From positions 1-29,129 of IMG/VR virus record IMGVR_UViG_3300020161_001148: a DNA stretch of 29,129 nucleotides, one strand, 5' to 3'. Within the stretch, counting starts at the first letter, position 1. Each line of letters starts with the position of its first letter. This DNA comes from a virus. Its lineage: Duplodnaviria; Caudoviricetes. Shown here in pieces: positions 6,403 to 14,669 of the stretch. Position numbers and translations under genes: made by a program. The notes under the pieces are model-generated. The model searched no databases. It saw only the letters and a program-made list of their open reading frames with translations, and was not told where the DNA came from.

Positions 6403-6858
6403 ATGCACGACTTCCTAGGTCAAACAGAAACTTGGCTGGTTATCCCCCATGAGCCGCCTACCAGTACCCACCAAGCCGCTCTAAGGGTGCTAAAATCCCG
6501 CACAGGCAAGATGTTTGTGGGCAAAATGAAGAACAGCAAGATTAAGGGCTGGATGCGTACCTTTGAGCCTTGGGTGGCTGAATCTAAGCCCCAGCACCCT
6601 ATGGAGGGGCCAGTGGAGGTCCATATCAAGTTGCTGTACAGCCCTCCCAAGTACCTGCTTAAGAAGATTCACAGATTTAAGACCCTGCCCAAAACGACCA
6701 AGCCAGACTGTGATAACGCAGTCAAGGTCATCTTGGACTTGTTCACAACGCACGGATACTGGCTTGACGATAGCCAAGTCTGGAGCATAACCATTGAGAA
6801 GTACTGGAGCATCGAACCCTCGGTGCAGGTACTGTTCAAACACACAACACAACAATGA
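6403..6858 (+). CDS. rusA: RusA-family Holliday junction resolvase
   Basis: TKPDCDNAVKVILD...DDSQV...K motif. Confidence 0.9.
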   Translation: MHDFLGQTETWLVIPHEPPTSTHQAALRVLKSRTGKMFVGKMKNSKIKGWMRTFEPWVAESKPQHPMEGPVEVHIKLLYSPPKYLLKKIHRFKTLPKTTKPDCDNAVKVILDLFTTHGYWLDDSQVWSITIEKYWSIEPSVQVLFKHTTQQ

Positions 6859-7634
6859 ATACACAAGTCCTAAAAATCACGGAGAAAGAATACCGCTCTC
6901 TCCCTCACCTCAATGCTTCCAAGTTCAAGGCGTTCTACAAGTCGCCTATGCACTTCAAGCATCAAGAGCAACCCGAAGAAACTGAAGAGATGCGTATTGG
7001 CACTGCCGTACACACGCTTCTTCTTGAGCCTAACAACTTCCACAACACTGTGGCTTACGCTCCGCTTGGTCTGGACAGACGCAAGACCGAAGACAAGTTG
7101 CGTTACAACGAGTTCATCGAAGCCAGTGCTGGCAAGATGGTGCTCAAGGGCGAGTCCCGTGCGATTGTCGAAGGCTGTGTGAACGCTATCTCGATGCATC
7201 CCACTGCCGTGAAGATTATGCGGAAGTGCGAAAACGAACAGGTGATTGTTGCTGACCTTGTTGAGGGCGTTACCTGCAAGGGTAAACTTGACCTAATCTG
7301 TGTGCCTTGCGGTGTGCTGGCAGACATCAAGACCACGGGTAAGAGTGCTGACCATACTTCGTTTACCTATGCCATGCAGGACAGCCTGTACTGGCTACAG
7401 GCGGGGTTCTATGCCCTGCTGGCTGAAGCCCACTACCAGAAGGAGTTCAAATTCTCGTTCATCGTAGTGGAGAAGGAAGCCCCTTACGGTGTGGCTGTGC
7501 ATGCTATGGCTCCCGAACTGCTCAAGCAGTGCAAGGACAAGGTTCGCCTGTTGCTGACTGAGTACGCTCACTGCCAGACGCATGATGCGTGGCGTGGTCT
7601 GAATGACTCTGTCATCTCTAGCCTACGAATCTGA
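6855..7634 (+). CDS. PD-(D/E)XK exonuclease VIII (RecE/DUF3799)-like protein
   Basis: NASKFK, MRIGTAVHTLLLEP, KGKLD, ADIKTT, YWLQAGFY, VVEKEAPY. Confidence 0.88.
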   Translation: MNTQVLKITEKEYRSLPHLNASKFKAFYKSPMHFKHQEQPEETEEMRIGTAVHTLLLEPNNFHNTVAYAPLGLDRRKTEDKLRYNEFIEASAGKMVLKGESRAIVEGCVNAISMHPTAVKIMRKCENEQVIVADLVEGVTCKGKLDLICVPCGVLADIKTTGKSADHTSFTYAMQDSLYWLQAGFYALLAEAHYQKEFKFSFIVVEKEAPYGVAVHAMAPELLKQCKDKVRLLLTEYAHCQTHDAWRGLNDSVISSLRI

Positions 7635-8290
7635 TGAACCCAAAATTCACTGGTGTCTGGCTCCCGAAAGAGATTCTGGAGCATGACAACCTGTCCGTGA
7701 CCGCTAAGATGGCCTATGGCATCATTGATGGTCTGGATGGGGACGAGGGTTGCTACGCCTCCAATGGCTACCTAGGACGCATCCTAGGGGTCTCTGAGCG
7801 GCAGGTAAAGAACATCGTGGGTGACCTGCTGGACGCAGGGGTCATCACCCGTGTGCTTGAGAGCAACGCCCAAGGGTCCGTCCGCTACCTGCGGACTGTG
7901 GCCCGTGTGGCCCTGCTCAAGGCACAGGAGGAAAAAAATTGCACGGGGGGAGGGAAGCCTGTTGCACGGGGGGAGGGAAATCCAGTTCCCCCATATAGAA
8001 AAGAAGATAAAAAAGAGGATAAAGATACAATGGTTCTTCCCTACGGAGAGCCTTTCAGACTGGCTTGGGAGAAGTGGGTAGCCTACCGAAAGGAAATCAA
8101 GAAGGCCATGAAGCCTACCACCATGCGTGAGCAGTTGGCTCTGTTCGCCTCTTGGAACAGCGAGGAAAATTCTATCGCTTCAATCAACAAGAGCATTGCC
8201 TTTGGCTGGCAGGGTGTCTTTGTTGTCAACGGTCAGAACAACAAAACTAAAACCACGCTAACCTCACAAGACCACGCCAATGGCTTCTAA
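7634..8290 (+). CDS. phage replication initiator (N-terminal winged HTH, lambda O-like organisation)
   Basis: CYASNGYLGRILGVSERQV HTH; C-terminal WEKWVAYRKE...SIAFGWQG; internal iterons; followed by a loader gene. Confidence 0.85.
   Translation: MNPKFTGVWLPKEILEHDNLSVTAKMAYGIIDGLDGDEGCYASNGYLGRILGVSERQVKNIVGDLLDAGVITRVLESNAQGSVRYLRTVARVALLKAQEEKNCTGGGKPVARGEGNPVPPYRKEDKKEDKDTMVLPYGEPFRLAWEKWVAYRKEIKKAMKPTTMREQLALFASWNSEENSIASINKSIAFGWQGVFVVNGQNNKTKTTLTSQDHANGF
7939..8030 (+). repeat. putative replication origin: two 18-bp iterons TTGCACGGGGGGAGGGAA (period 23) plus A-rich tract
   Basis: Exact repeats at 7939-7956 and 7962-7979, partial third unit, then purine/A-rich run to about 8030, inside the initiator gene as in lambdoid origins. 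Confidence 0.7.
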
Positions 8291-8969
8291 GTGCATTCAC
8301 TGCAAGGCTAACGCAGTTCCCGTCTGGGACGCAAACAGCGGCAAGTTCAAGCCGTATGTCAATGTGTGCCTAGACTGCTTCCCTAACAAGGAGCACCACG
8401 AGTATCCGTACAAGTATCTGGAAGTGTTCGACAAGCACGGCTGGCGATTTGCGGCTGTGCATCCAGAGACTCCCAGTGCCTTCCTGCACACAGTGGACAA
8501 ACAGTTGTCCGCTTCGATGCAGAAGGCCATTGCTGAGTACACCCCTAACACAACCCAGAGCATCCTGCTCCATGGCGTTACAGGCACAGGCAAGACCCGT
8601 GCCGCATGGAGACTGTTCAACATGGCGTGGATGAATGCCTACCCTAAGCACTGCGAGTTCATCACCATGCGTAGGCTTGAGCAGAAGATTGAGGGAGGCT
8701 TCGCCAACCAGAACCATGGCGATGTCTTGGACACCCTCATCAACCGTGCCGTGCTGGTCATTGATGACCTTGGCAAGGAGCGTCTGACCGCTCGCATGGA
8801 GTCTGACCTGTTCGCCATCATTGACGAGCGTACAGCCAACGAGAGAGCCACCATCATCACCACGAACTACAATGGCTCTGGACTGAGCGACAGATTCCAG
8901 AACTCTGAGACTGGTGCGGCTATCATCCGCAGAATCAAGGACTACTTCAAAATCTATGGGGCTTCCTAA
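8280..8969 (+). CDS. DnaC/IstB-like AAA+ helicase loader
   Basis: CxxC..CxxC N-terminus, Walker A GVTGTGKT, Walker B LVIDDLGKE, IITTN, IIRRI. Confidence 0.9.
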   Translation: MASKCIHCKANAVPVWDANSGKFKPYVNVCLDCFPNKEHHEYPYKYLEVFDKHGWRFAAVHPETPSAFLHTVDKQLSASMQKAIAEYTPNTTQSILLHGVTGTGKTRAAWRLFNMAWMNAYPKHCEFITMRRLEQKIEGGFANQNHGDVLDTLINRAVLVIDDLGKERLTARMESDLFAIIDERTANERATIITTNYNGSGLSDRFQNSETGAAIIRRIKDYFKIYGAS

Positions 8970-9405
8970 TGTCATTGCACTACTCGTGCTTACGCATGCC
9001 GCCCATGCATACGACCTTACAAAGACCCTCGATTCTGTCTCTTGGGCAGAGACTAGAGGGGTCTTACTGGTTGGGGATAATGGACGCTCGCTGTCTCATT
9101 ACCAGATTTACGACTCAACATGGGAACATATTAACCAAATCCGCAAGGACTCTGGCTTGCCGCAACTTCCGCATTCTTCAGCCCTACAAGAAGGGGTTGC
9201 ACGGCAAATGGCCTCGACCTACCTTGAGTGGCTTGCTGGAAAATATGAATCTCTTACCCGCAGAAGACCTACTCCAGAAATCCTATATCTCATGTACACC
9301 ATGGGATTCAGTGGTGCTAAGAGAATCGGCTTTAGAATCTCAAGTGCTCCTAGCGTCAAGCGAAAGGGCGTGTCTCGTTTCGTGACCCACTACTATGGAA
9401 AATAA
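8956..9405 (+). CDS. lysozyme/lytic transglycosylase-like protein with N-terminal signal peptide
   Basis: Signal-like MGLPNVIALLVLTHAAHA; AET-x5-VGDNGRSLSHYQI resembles the lysozyme-superfamily catalytic Glu and GxxQI region. Confidence 0.6.
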   Translation: MGLPNVIALLVLTHAAHAYDLTKTLDSVSWAETRGVLLVGDNGRSLSHYQIYDSTWEHINQIRKDSGLPQLPHSSALQEGVARQMASTYLEWLAGKYESLTRRRPTPEILYLMYTMGFSGAKRIGFRISSAPSVKRKGVSRFVTHYYGK

Positions 9406-9607
9406 TACCGCAGAATATTGGGAGAACAAATATCGCTACATCAAACTGCATTACGATTTGAACGAAATGCAACTTGACGAAATTCTCTCCTGCATTAGTG
9501 ACCTTGACAAGCGTCACGCTCACGCAACTAAAATCGCTTTCCGAAAAGCCCTTGTTGACAAGGCACTGAAAGCGGACACATTTACCACTTCTTCCCACCA
9601 TGAATAA
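9395..9607 (+). CDS. hypothetical protein (70 aa)
   Basis: Overlaps neighbours in the operon. Confidence 0.7.
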   Translation: MENNTAEYWENKYRYIKLHYDLNEMQLDEILSCISDLDKRHAHATKIAFRKALVDKALKADTFTTSSHHE

Positions 9608-9797
9608 CAACACAGAACAGTATGCAGTAATCAACGCCAGCAAGTATGTCCTGCTTCCAGATGGTCGCATGGCTCGCTTGCTCAAGCCCGTCAAGGTAGC
9701 CAAGTACAACTACTACACCTACCGCACGGACGATGGCAAAGTGAAGCGTATCAATGTCGAAAGCATTGAGCAGATTCGCAAGCCCTACACCGCCTAA
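9600..9797 (+). CDS. hypothetical protein (65 aa, beta-rich)
   Basis: CCCACC-ATG start; coupled to neighbours. Confidence 0.7.
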   Translation: MNNNTEQYAVINASKYVLLPDGRMARLLKPVKVAKYNYYTYRTDDGKVKRINVESIEQIRKPYTA

Positions 9798-9800
9798 TCT

Positions 9801-10487
9801 ATGACCACCGATATGTCGTTCGAAGACCGCCAGTCCGCACTGTGCAAGGCTCTTGTCCTTGCCATCTCTGAACTTGAGGATGTCAAGGCAGATTCCACCA
9901 ACCCGTTCCACAAGAATTCTTATGCCAGCCTTTCGGCTCATCTGAAGCAGATTAAGCCTGTGTTCGCTAAGCACGGTCTTGCTATCGTTCAGTGTCCTAT
10001 CGGCTCTGCTGACACTGTGGGCGTTCGCACTATCGTCATCCACACGGATGGCGGCTCGCTTGAATCCGACTGCTGTATCCGACAGGATGACAAGATGGAC
10101 GGACAGAAGGCTGGCTCCATTATCTCGTACCTTAGACGCTACTCGCTGGCGGCTGTCGCTGGCGTGGCTACGGACGATGACGATGCTCAGTCCGCTACCC
10201 CTGCTCCTTCCTCTGGCTACGGTAAGTTCATCCCTAACCCGTCTGCGGCTCCTGCCTCTAGCGGTGAACCGAACTTCGACCTGCCTGTCCCGTTTGGCAA
10301 GAACAAGGGTACCACGCTGAACAACCTTCCTATGGGTGACCTTCAGTACTGGGCTAACACTTGGGAGCCTAAGCCGTGGGAAAAGACTGGCAAGGTCAAC
10401 CCCAAGGACTTGCTCCTTAAGAAGTCCGCACAGGCTCTCTTGAGCATCAAGTCTTCCTCTCAGCCCACTGAGGAAGAACCCTACTAA
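9801..10487 (+). CDS. ERF-family ssDNA annealing protein with C-terminal PFGKxKG domain
   Basis: NPFHKNSYASL, KHGL, QKAGSIISYLRRYSL, DDDA motifs. Confidence 0.9.
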   Translation: MTTDMSFEDRQSALCKALVLAISELEDVKADSTNPFHKNSYASLSAHLKQIKPVFAKHGLAIVQCPIGSADTVGVRTIVIHTDGGSLESDCCIRQDDKMDGQKAGSIISYLRRYSLAAVAGVATDDDDAQSATPAPSSGYGKFIPNPSAAPASSGEPNFDLPVPFGKNKGTTLNNLPMGDLQYWANTWEPKPWEKTGKVNPKDLLLKKSAQALLSIKSSSQPTEEEPY

Positions 10488-10493
10488 GGTTTC

Positions 10494-10565
10494 TGCCCTG
10501 TAGTTTAACGGATAGAACAGGCGGTTTCTACCCGCCTAGTCTTGGTTCGATTCCAAGCGGGGCAA
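10494..10565 (+). tRNA. tRNA-Arg(TCT), no encoded CCA
   Basis: Acceptor TGCCCTG/CGGGGCA, D-arm GTTT/GAAC with GGATA, anticodon stem GGCGG/CCGCC with loop TTTCTAC, T-arm CTTGG-TTCGATT-CCAAG. Confidence 0.9.
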
Positions 10566-10668
10566 TTTACCATGTACAACAACAACAACCCAAAATCTAA
10601 TACACTAAGAGGTTGTGCCATGATGCTTGGAATGGATGTCCAAGCACTGGCTAACCTTCTTAACTTCT

Positions 10669-10848
10669 ATGAAAGCGAAAAGAAGCGTTTTGAAAGTGGA
10701 CAGTCGTCTTGCCTATTTAGTGGGCTGGGCGAAGAAGGGGGGCAAGCAACGATACATCATGCTGACCCTACAGGAAGCCGAGGACATCCTAGCGTACCTA
10801 CGCAGGGAAGTGTCCGAGATGCCAACCAGCGTCCGAATTCGGGACTAG
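10669..10848 (+). CDS. hypothetical protein (59 aa)
   Basis: MKAKRSVL... protein-like composition; nested in the alternative ORF 10572-10865. Confidence 0.5.
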   Translation: MKAKRSVLKVDSRLAYLVGWAKKGGKQRYIMLTLQEAEDILAYLRREVSEMPTSVRIRD

Positions 10849-10851
10849 GCC

Positions 10852-11145
10852 ATGTGTGCGATTAATAAAATGACTCTGAGAGAAATCTACAGGCTCGCAT
10901 TGATGGACGGGCTTACGGCCCAAGAGGCTGGTCTGCGGTACGACTGCAATCCAGACAGCCTCATAAAGATTCGCAAGCGTCATGGTTTCAAGCCGCTCAT
11001 CAGCAAGTACGACCTTAATGAATATCGTTTTCTACAAAAATTGACAGTGGCTGGTATCAAGGAGTATCTTGACCTGCTTGAGCCAGATTCCAAACAACAC
11101 AAATTTGTCAGCAAAATCCTTAAAAAGCGTGAAGCAAAAGCGTAG
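10852..11145 (+). CDS. putative HTH protein (start may be 10870)
   Basis: GLTAQEAGLRYDCNPDSLIKIRKRHG HTH-like. Confidence 0.6.
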   Translation: MCAINKMTLREIYRLALMDGLTAQEAGLRYDCNPDSLIKIRKRHGFKPLISKYDLNEYRFLQKLTVAGIKEYLDLLEPDSKQHKFVSKILKKREAKA

Positions 11146-11155
11146 GCCAGAAATC

Positions 11156-11278
11156 ATGAAACCTAGCCTCAAACTTCTTACGCCATACGAGAAGAAGGTT
11201 GTACTTACACACGGACTTAAGGTTGCCGAGATGTGGAAGGAACTGTTCTCTCGTAACAAGTGGACTTTAATCAAATGA
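11156..11278 (+). CDS. hypothetical protein (40 aa)
   Basis: Fills gap; ATGA overlap with next gene. Confidence 0.5.
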   Translation: MKPSLKLLTPYEKKVVLTHGLKVAEMWKELFSRNKWTLIK

Positions 11279-12015
11279 AAAAACGCATCAAATTCATTGC
11301 TGTTGGTGACAACCACGGGGACAAAGTGGACCAAGAAGTCGCCAAGAAACTGTTCGCATTCATCAAGGAGTTTCGCCCAGACGAGCGTATCCACTTGGGG
11401 GATTGCTTTGATTTTCGTAGCCTAAGAAAAGGAGCCTCTGGTAAAGAGGAGAACGAATCCCTAGCCTCCGATGTGAAGGCAGGGATGGACTTCATCTCCA
11501 GATTCAAACCTACTATTTTTCACTATGGAAACCACGAAGATAGACTCAGCCAAATCATTGACGGTTCAACCAACGGTCTTATCCAAGACTATTGCATTCA
11601 GTTGGACACTGATATCAAGAATCATCTCAAGAAGCATGGATGCCGTAAAATCTATCCTTACCATGCCGATGAGGGTGTTCACACAATGGGACCAATCAAG
11701 ACCTGCCATGGCTACACCTGTGGAATCAATGCAGTTGAAGAGCATGCCAGACATTACTGTGAGCCTAAAGGAGCAGTACTCATTGGACACATCCACCGAA
11801 TTGAACAAGTCTGTGCAAGAAAGCATGGAGGTGCAGTGGGTTTCTCTGGAGGATGTCTTTGCCTCAAAGGAGAGATGGGCTACGCTAAAAACCGACTTGC
11901 CACTAGCAGATGGGGTTCGGGATGGCTATATGGATTTGTACAAGGTTCTGAATGGAAAGTGTGGCAAGCACATAAAGTCGGAGATGATTTCATCTTCTCA
12001 CATGCTGACCTATGA
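11275..12015 (+). CDS. calcineurin-like metallophosphoesterase
   Basis: GDNH, LGDCFD, GNHE, HG and GHIH motifs. Confidence 0.92.
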   Translation: MKKRIKFIAVGDNHGDKVDQEVAKKLFAFIKEFRPDERIHLGDCFDFRSLRKGASGKEENESLASDVKAGMDFISRFKPTIFHYGNHEDRLSQIIDGSTNGLIQDYCIQLDTDIKNHLKKHGCRKIYPYHADEGVHTMGPIKTCHGYTCGINAVEEHARHYCEPKGAVLIGHIHRIEQVCARKHGGAVGFSGGCLCLKGEMGYAKNRLATSRWGSGWLYGFVQGSEWKVWQAHKVGDDFIFSHADL

Positions 12016-12266
12016 GAAAAAAAGACCTAGACCTGTTGGAAAGCATGGTTCAAAAGGGAATCGTGGAAACTCCTCCAAAGGGGTGGTTCACGGTAAGAGA
12101 GTACTCAGAAAAGGTAAGAAGAACTCCACAGCACTGTCAAAAAATGCTAAAGCGAACCGTAGAAAAGTTTCCAGACAAGATTACTACTAAGTCCTTTACC
12201 ATCCAAGTCGGCAAAAGAATCTACCCTGTAATCCACTACTATGTTAAATCCAAGAAAGGTAAGTAA
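12012..12266 (+). CDS. basic hypothetical protein, possible winged HTH
   Basis: ATGA overlap; PPKGWFTVREYSEK..., PVIHY. Confidence 0.7.
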   Translation: MRKKDLDLLESMVQKGIVETPPKGWFTVREYSEKVRRTPQHCQKMLKRTVEKFPDKITTKSFTIQVGKRIYPVIHYYVKSKKGK

Positions 12267-12567
12267 GGCTGAACTCAAGGACAACGATGAACTCTACAAA
12301 GGATGCCCGATGCTTGAGCCTAGACAGTGGCTTGACTCTGCTATCATTGGCAAGGATGCGGCAACTGGTGGAGTCATCTATGACTACCAGACTGTTGTCG
12401 AGTGCTTCTGTCTTAAAGACGGGCTGTCGCTGGAGCAAGCGGAAGAGATGGTTGACTTCAATACGGAGCGGTCTCTGCCCTACATGCCCAACCCTAAGCC
12501 CATCCTGCAACGGGAATCTGAAGGCATCGACACTTGGGGGGACATTTGGACGGATGATGATGAATGA
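12241..12567 (+). CDS. hypothetical protein of a type often seen in phages (DSAIIG...VIYDY...EAEE..DFN)
   Basis: Motif pattern recalled from uncultured phages; last gene of the rightward block. Confidence 0.7.
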   Translation: MLNPRKVSKAELKDNDELYKGCPMLEPRQWLDSAIIGKDAATGGVIYDYQTVVECFCLKDGLSLEQAEEMVDFNTERSLPYMPNPKPILQRESEGIDTWGDIWTDDDE

Positions 12568-12615
12568 GAAGTGGGACTAACCACTCTCGCAGGTAGTAGA
12601 GTGGTAGTCCGCTTC
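12568..12615. terminator. long bulged hairpin between convergent blocks (no U-tract)
   Basis: GAAGT-G-GGACT-A-ACCACTCT / AGAGTGGT-AGTCC-GCTTC, about 18 bp. Confidence 0.5.
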
Positions 12616-12656
12616 CAAATGCTGACCCACAAACGCCAACAACAACGCAACCTGCA

Positions 12657-13364
12657 TCAGCCTAAGTCGCCATCAACTTTGCTGGTTGCAGGAGCGTTGT
12701 CAATGGGTCTCTTTGCAAATAAATTTTTGGCGAGCATTACGACTAGAGAAAAAACTACAATGCCAACAGAAGTTGCCGCAATGTATGTAAACCATTCACT
12801 GTCGAACAGCCACAGCGATGCCATGGCAAGCATGCCTCCTCCCATCACGATTCCACCAGACTTCTTGAACGGAGTGAACGCAGTGACCAACACTCCAACG
12901 ATAAACAAGCCAAGCCCAGCAGTGCTGAACTGCCACAACACCTTTTGTTTAAACTCAGCATCAGCCCTCGCATGAGCCTCCGCTATCTCAAAGTCCTTCT
13001 GCTCTACCATAGCGTACAGTGCTGTCGTTTCTGCATCTACTTTAGATGCTTCCTTCTTGTCCTGCTCAACAGCCTTGGTGTCGTTCTGTTTGATGATGCG
13101 GGTAAACTCTTCGACCTTTGCAACTGAAGGCTTAGCAACGCCAGAGAGGCGGGTTACTTGGGCTTCGACAAGTCCTCGTACATTGCCTTGAGCGAGGTTA
13201 GGAACGACAGCAGTAAGGGCAGAAGCGGAATCAGAGACGATATCTTCGACCCTAGCGATGTACTTGTCCTTCTCTTGGTTTTTCGTTTCAACGGGTGCAG
13301 GTGGTATGGGTTTAGGGGCGGTGGAACAACCCACCAGTAGCAGTGATAGGATTAGTAATCTCAT
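12657..13364 (-). CDS. lipoprotein with C-terminal TM helices; unimolecular spanin candidate
   Basis: Lipobox LVGC with Ser at +2, Pro-rich linker, helical region, three hydrophobic C-terminal segments; downstream of the holin. Confidence 0.6.
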   Translation of the reverse strand: MRLLILSLLLVGCSTAPKPIPPAPVETKNQEKDKYIARVEDIVSDSASALTAVVPNLAQGNVRGLVEAQVTRLSGVAKPSVAKVEEFTRIIKQNDTKAVEQDKKEASKVDAETTALYAMVEQKDFEIAEAHARADAEFKQKVLWQFSTAGLGLFIVGVLVTAFTPFKKSGGIVMGGGMLAMASLWLFDSEWFTYIAATSVGIVVFSLVVMLAKNLFAKRPIDNAPATSKVDGDLG

Positions 13365-14665
13365 TCAAACCAACCTCCACCATTTCCGTAGTATCCTAGG
13401 TTGTTAAGGAATGCTTTTAGATATTCTGGGTTTCCACGAACAGCCTGTCCACCAATACTAGAGATAGGATTCATCTCGATGTATCTTGGGTCATTAACAA
13501 CACGGCGATACTTTTCTAGGGCTGGACCAATTCCGTCAGTATAAGAGTCAAGAGCGACATCCATCCATGGTCTAAGACTGAATGGGTCAGAGCCTCTATA
13601 GTTAGCAATCATCTGGTCGTCACTGTTTGCGTCAATGATTTGGTCGGCAATCTGCAACGGAGTAAGAGCGGCATTTAAAACACCCATCACAGGTTTAGCG
13701 GCCCTTCCTACATTGCCAGCAAACCTTAGTGCGTTAGCCGCCTTGTCGGGAGGTCCAGCCACTCTAATTGTAGGTGTCTTGTCTGGAAGAACATTGGCAA
13801 CTCTTCTTGCTTTCTGTGCCATGCCTACAGGAACAAACACTTCATTCTTAGGACTGCTACTTACGCTGGCACCAAGTCTTGTTCCGTATCTTTTATGGGC
13901 GTTCCCTCCGTGAATATCGAGAGCCTCCATGGCTTTATGCACATCAATGCCTTTAAATTGTCCATCAAAAGGCTGATATCCAGCCAATGAATACCTTGGA
14001 AGATTCTCATCCATTAACATTTTAACTGGAAATGTTGTCTCTCCAGCACCAGCATGTCCGCTTCTTTGACCGCTTAGGGCAAACTGAAGGTAGGCACTTA
14101 GACCTTTTTCTGGGTCATCAAGATGATGAATTACATTCGGATATGATGTGTGGAATCTGTTTTCGATTCTTGAAAGAGTCCTAATTTGGTTAAGACCATT
14201 GTTCATGTTCTCTAAATAGTGAGCCTTCTGTACTTCATCTGGAACTACACTGAACAACAGTCTTCCATCCTCTCCAACTTGATGAACTCCATTGAGCATT
14301 ACTGGTCTTTGCTTATACGGGTTGGGCTTAAAATTAGCAATGGCCCGATTAATTGTTGCTTCTCTTTTTCCGATGGTAGTCTTGTAGTCTCTTCTGCCAT
14401 GCGAAGTTAACTTTTGGTCTGCCGAATCGAGGGCATTCCAACCAGTCTTTACTCTGTAGCCAATTCCTTCCTTTGAAACATTGTTCTTGTTCCAGAACTT
14501 CAGAAAGTCATCAGAAATAAGGTACTTCTCCGCATCTACTGGAGAACTGAAATCGCGGTTTTGGTAAAAATGATAATTTTCACGAGGCGATGTGATGTAT
14601 TTCTTTAGGAGTAAAGATGCTATATTTGTGTCTGGGGTAGACTGTGGGTCTTTTTCTAAAGCCAT
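13361..14665 (-). CDS. cysteine-free hypothetical protein (434 aa), possibly virion-delivered
   Basis: Long ORF, visibly AT-richer than neighbours, no Cys, Ala/Gly-rich amphipathic segment near the C-terminus. Confidence 0.8.
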   Translation of the reverse strand: MALEKDPQSTPDTNIASLLLKKYITSPRENYHFYQNRDFSSPVDAEKYLISDDFLKFWNKNNVSKEGIGYRVKTGWNALDSADQKLTSHGRRDYKTTIGKREATINRAIANFKPNPYKQRPVMLNGVHQVGEDGRLLFSVVPDEVQKAHYLENMNNGLNQIRTLSRIENRFHTSYPNVIHHLDDPEKGLSAYLQFALSGQRSGHAGAGETTFPVKMLMDENLPRYSLAGYQPFDGQFKGIDVHKAMEALDIHGGNAHKRYGTRLGASVSSSPKNEVFVPVGMAQKARRVANVLPDKTPTIRVAGPPDKAANALRFAGNVGRAAKPVMGVLNAALTPLQIADQIIDANSDDQMIANYRGSDPFSLRPWMDVALDSYTDGIGPALEKYRRVVNDPRYIEMNPISSIGGQAVRGNPEYLKAFLNNLGYYGNGGGWFE

Positions 14666-14669
14666 TTTA

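Noticed and set aside
8969-9385. Alternative + strand ORF of 138 aa overlapping the lysozyme-like gene
   Set aside because: No motifs; the other frame has a signal peptide and catalytic-like motif
10520-10536. tRNA as an amber suppressor (CTA visible in the loop)
   Set aside because: The 5-bp stem GGCGG/CCGCC centres TCT in the 7-nt loop, and ORFs are not fragmented by TAG, so there is no sign of recoding
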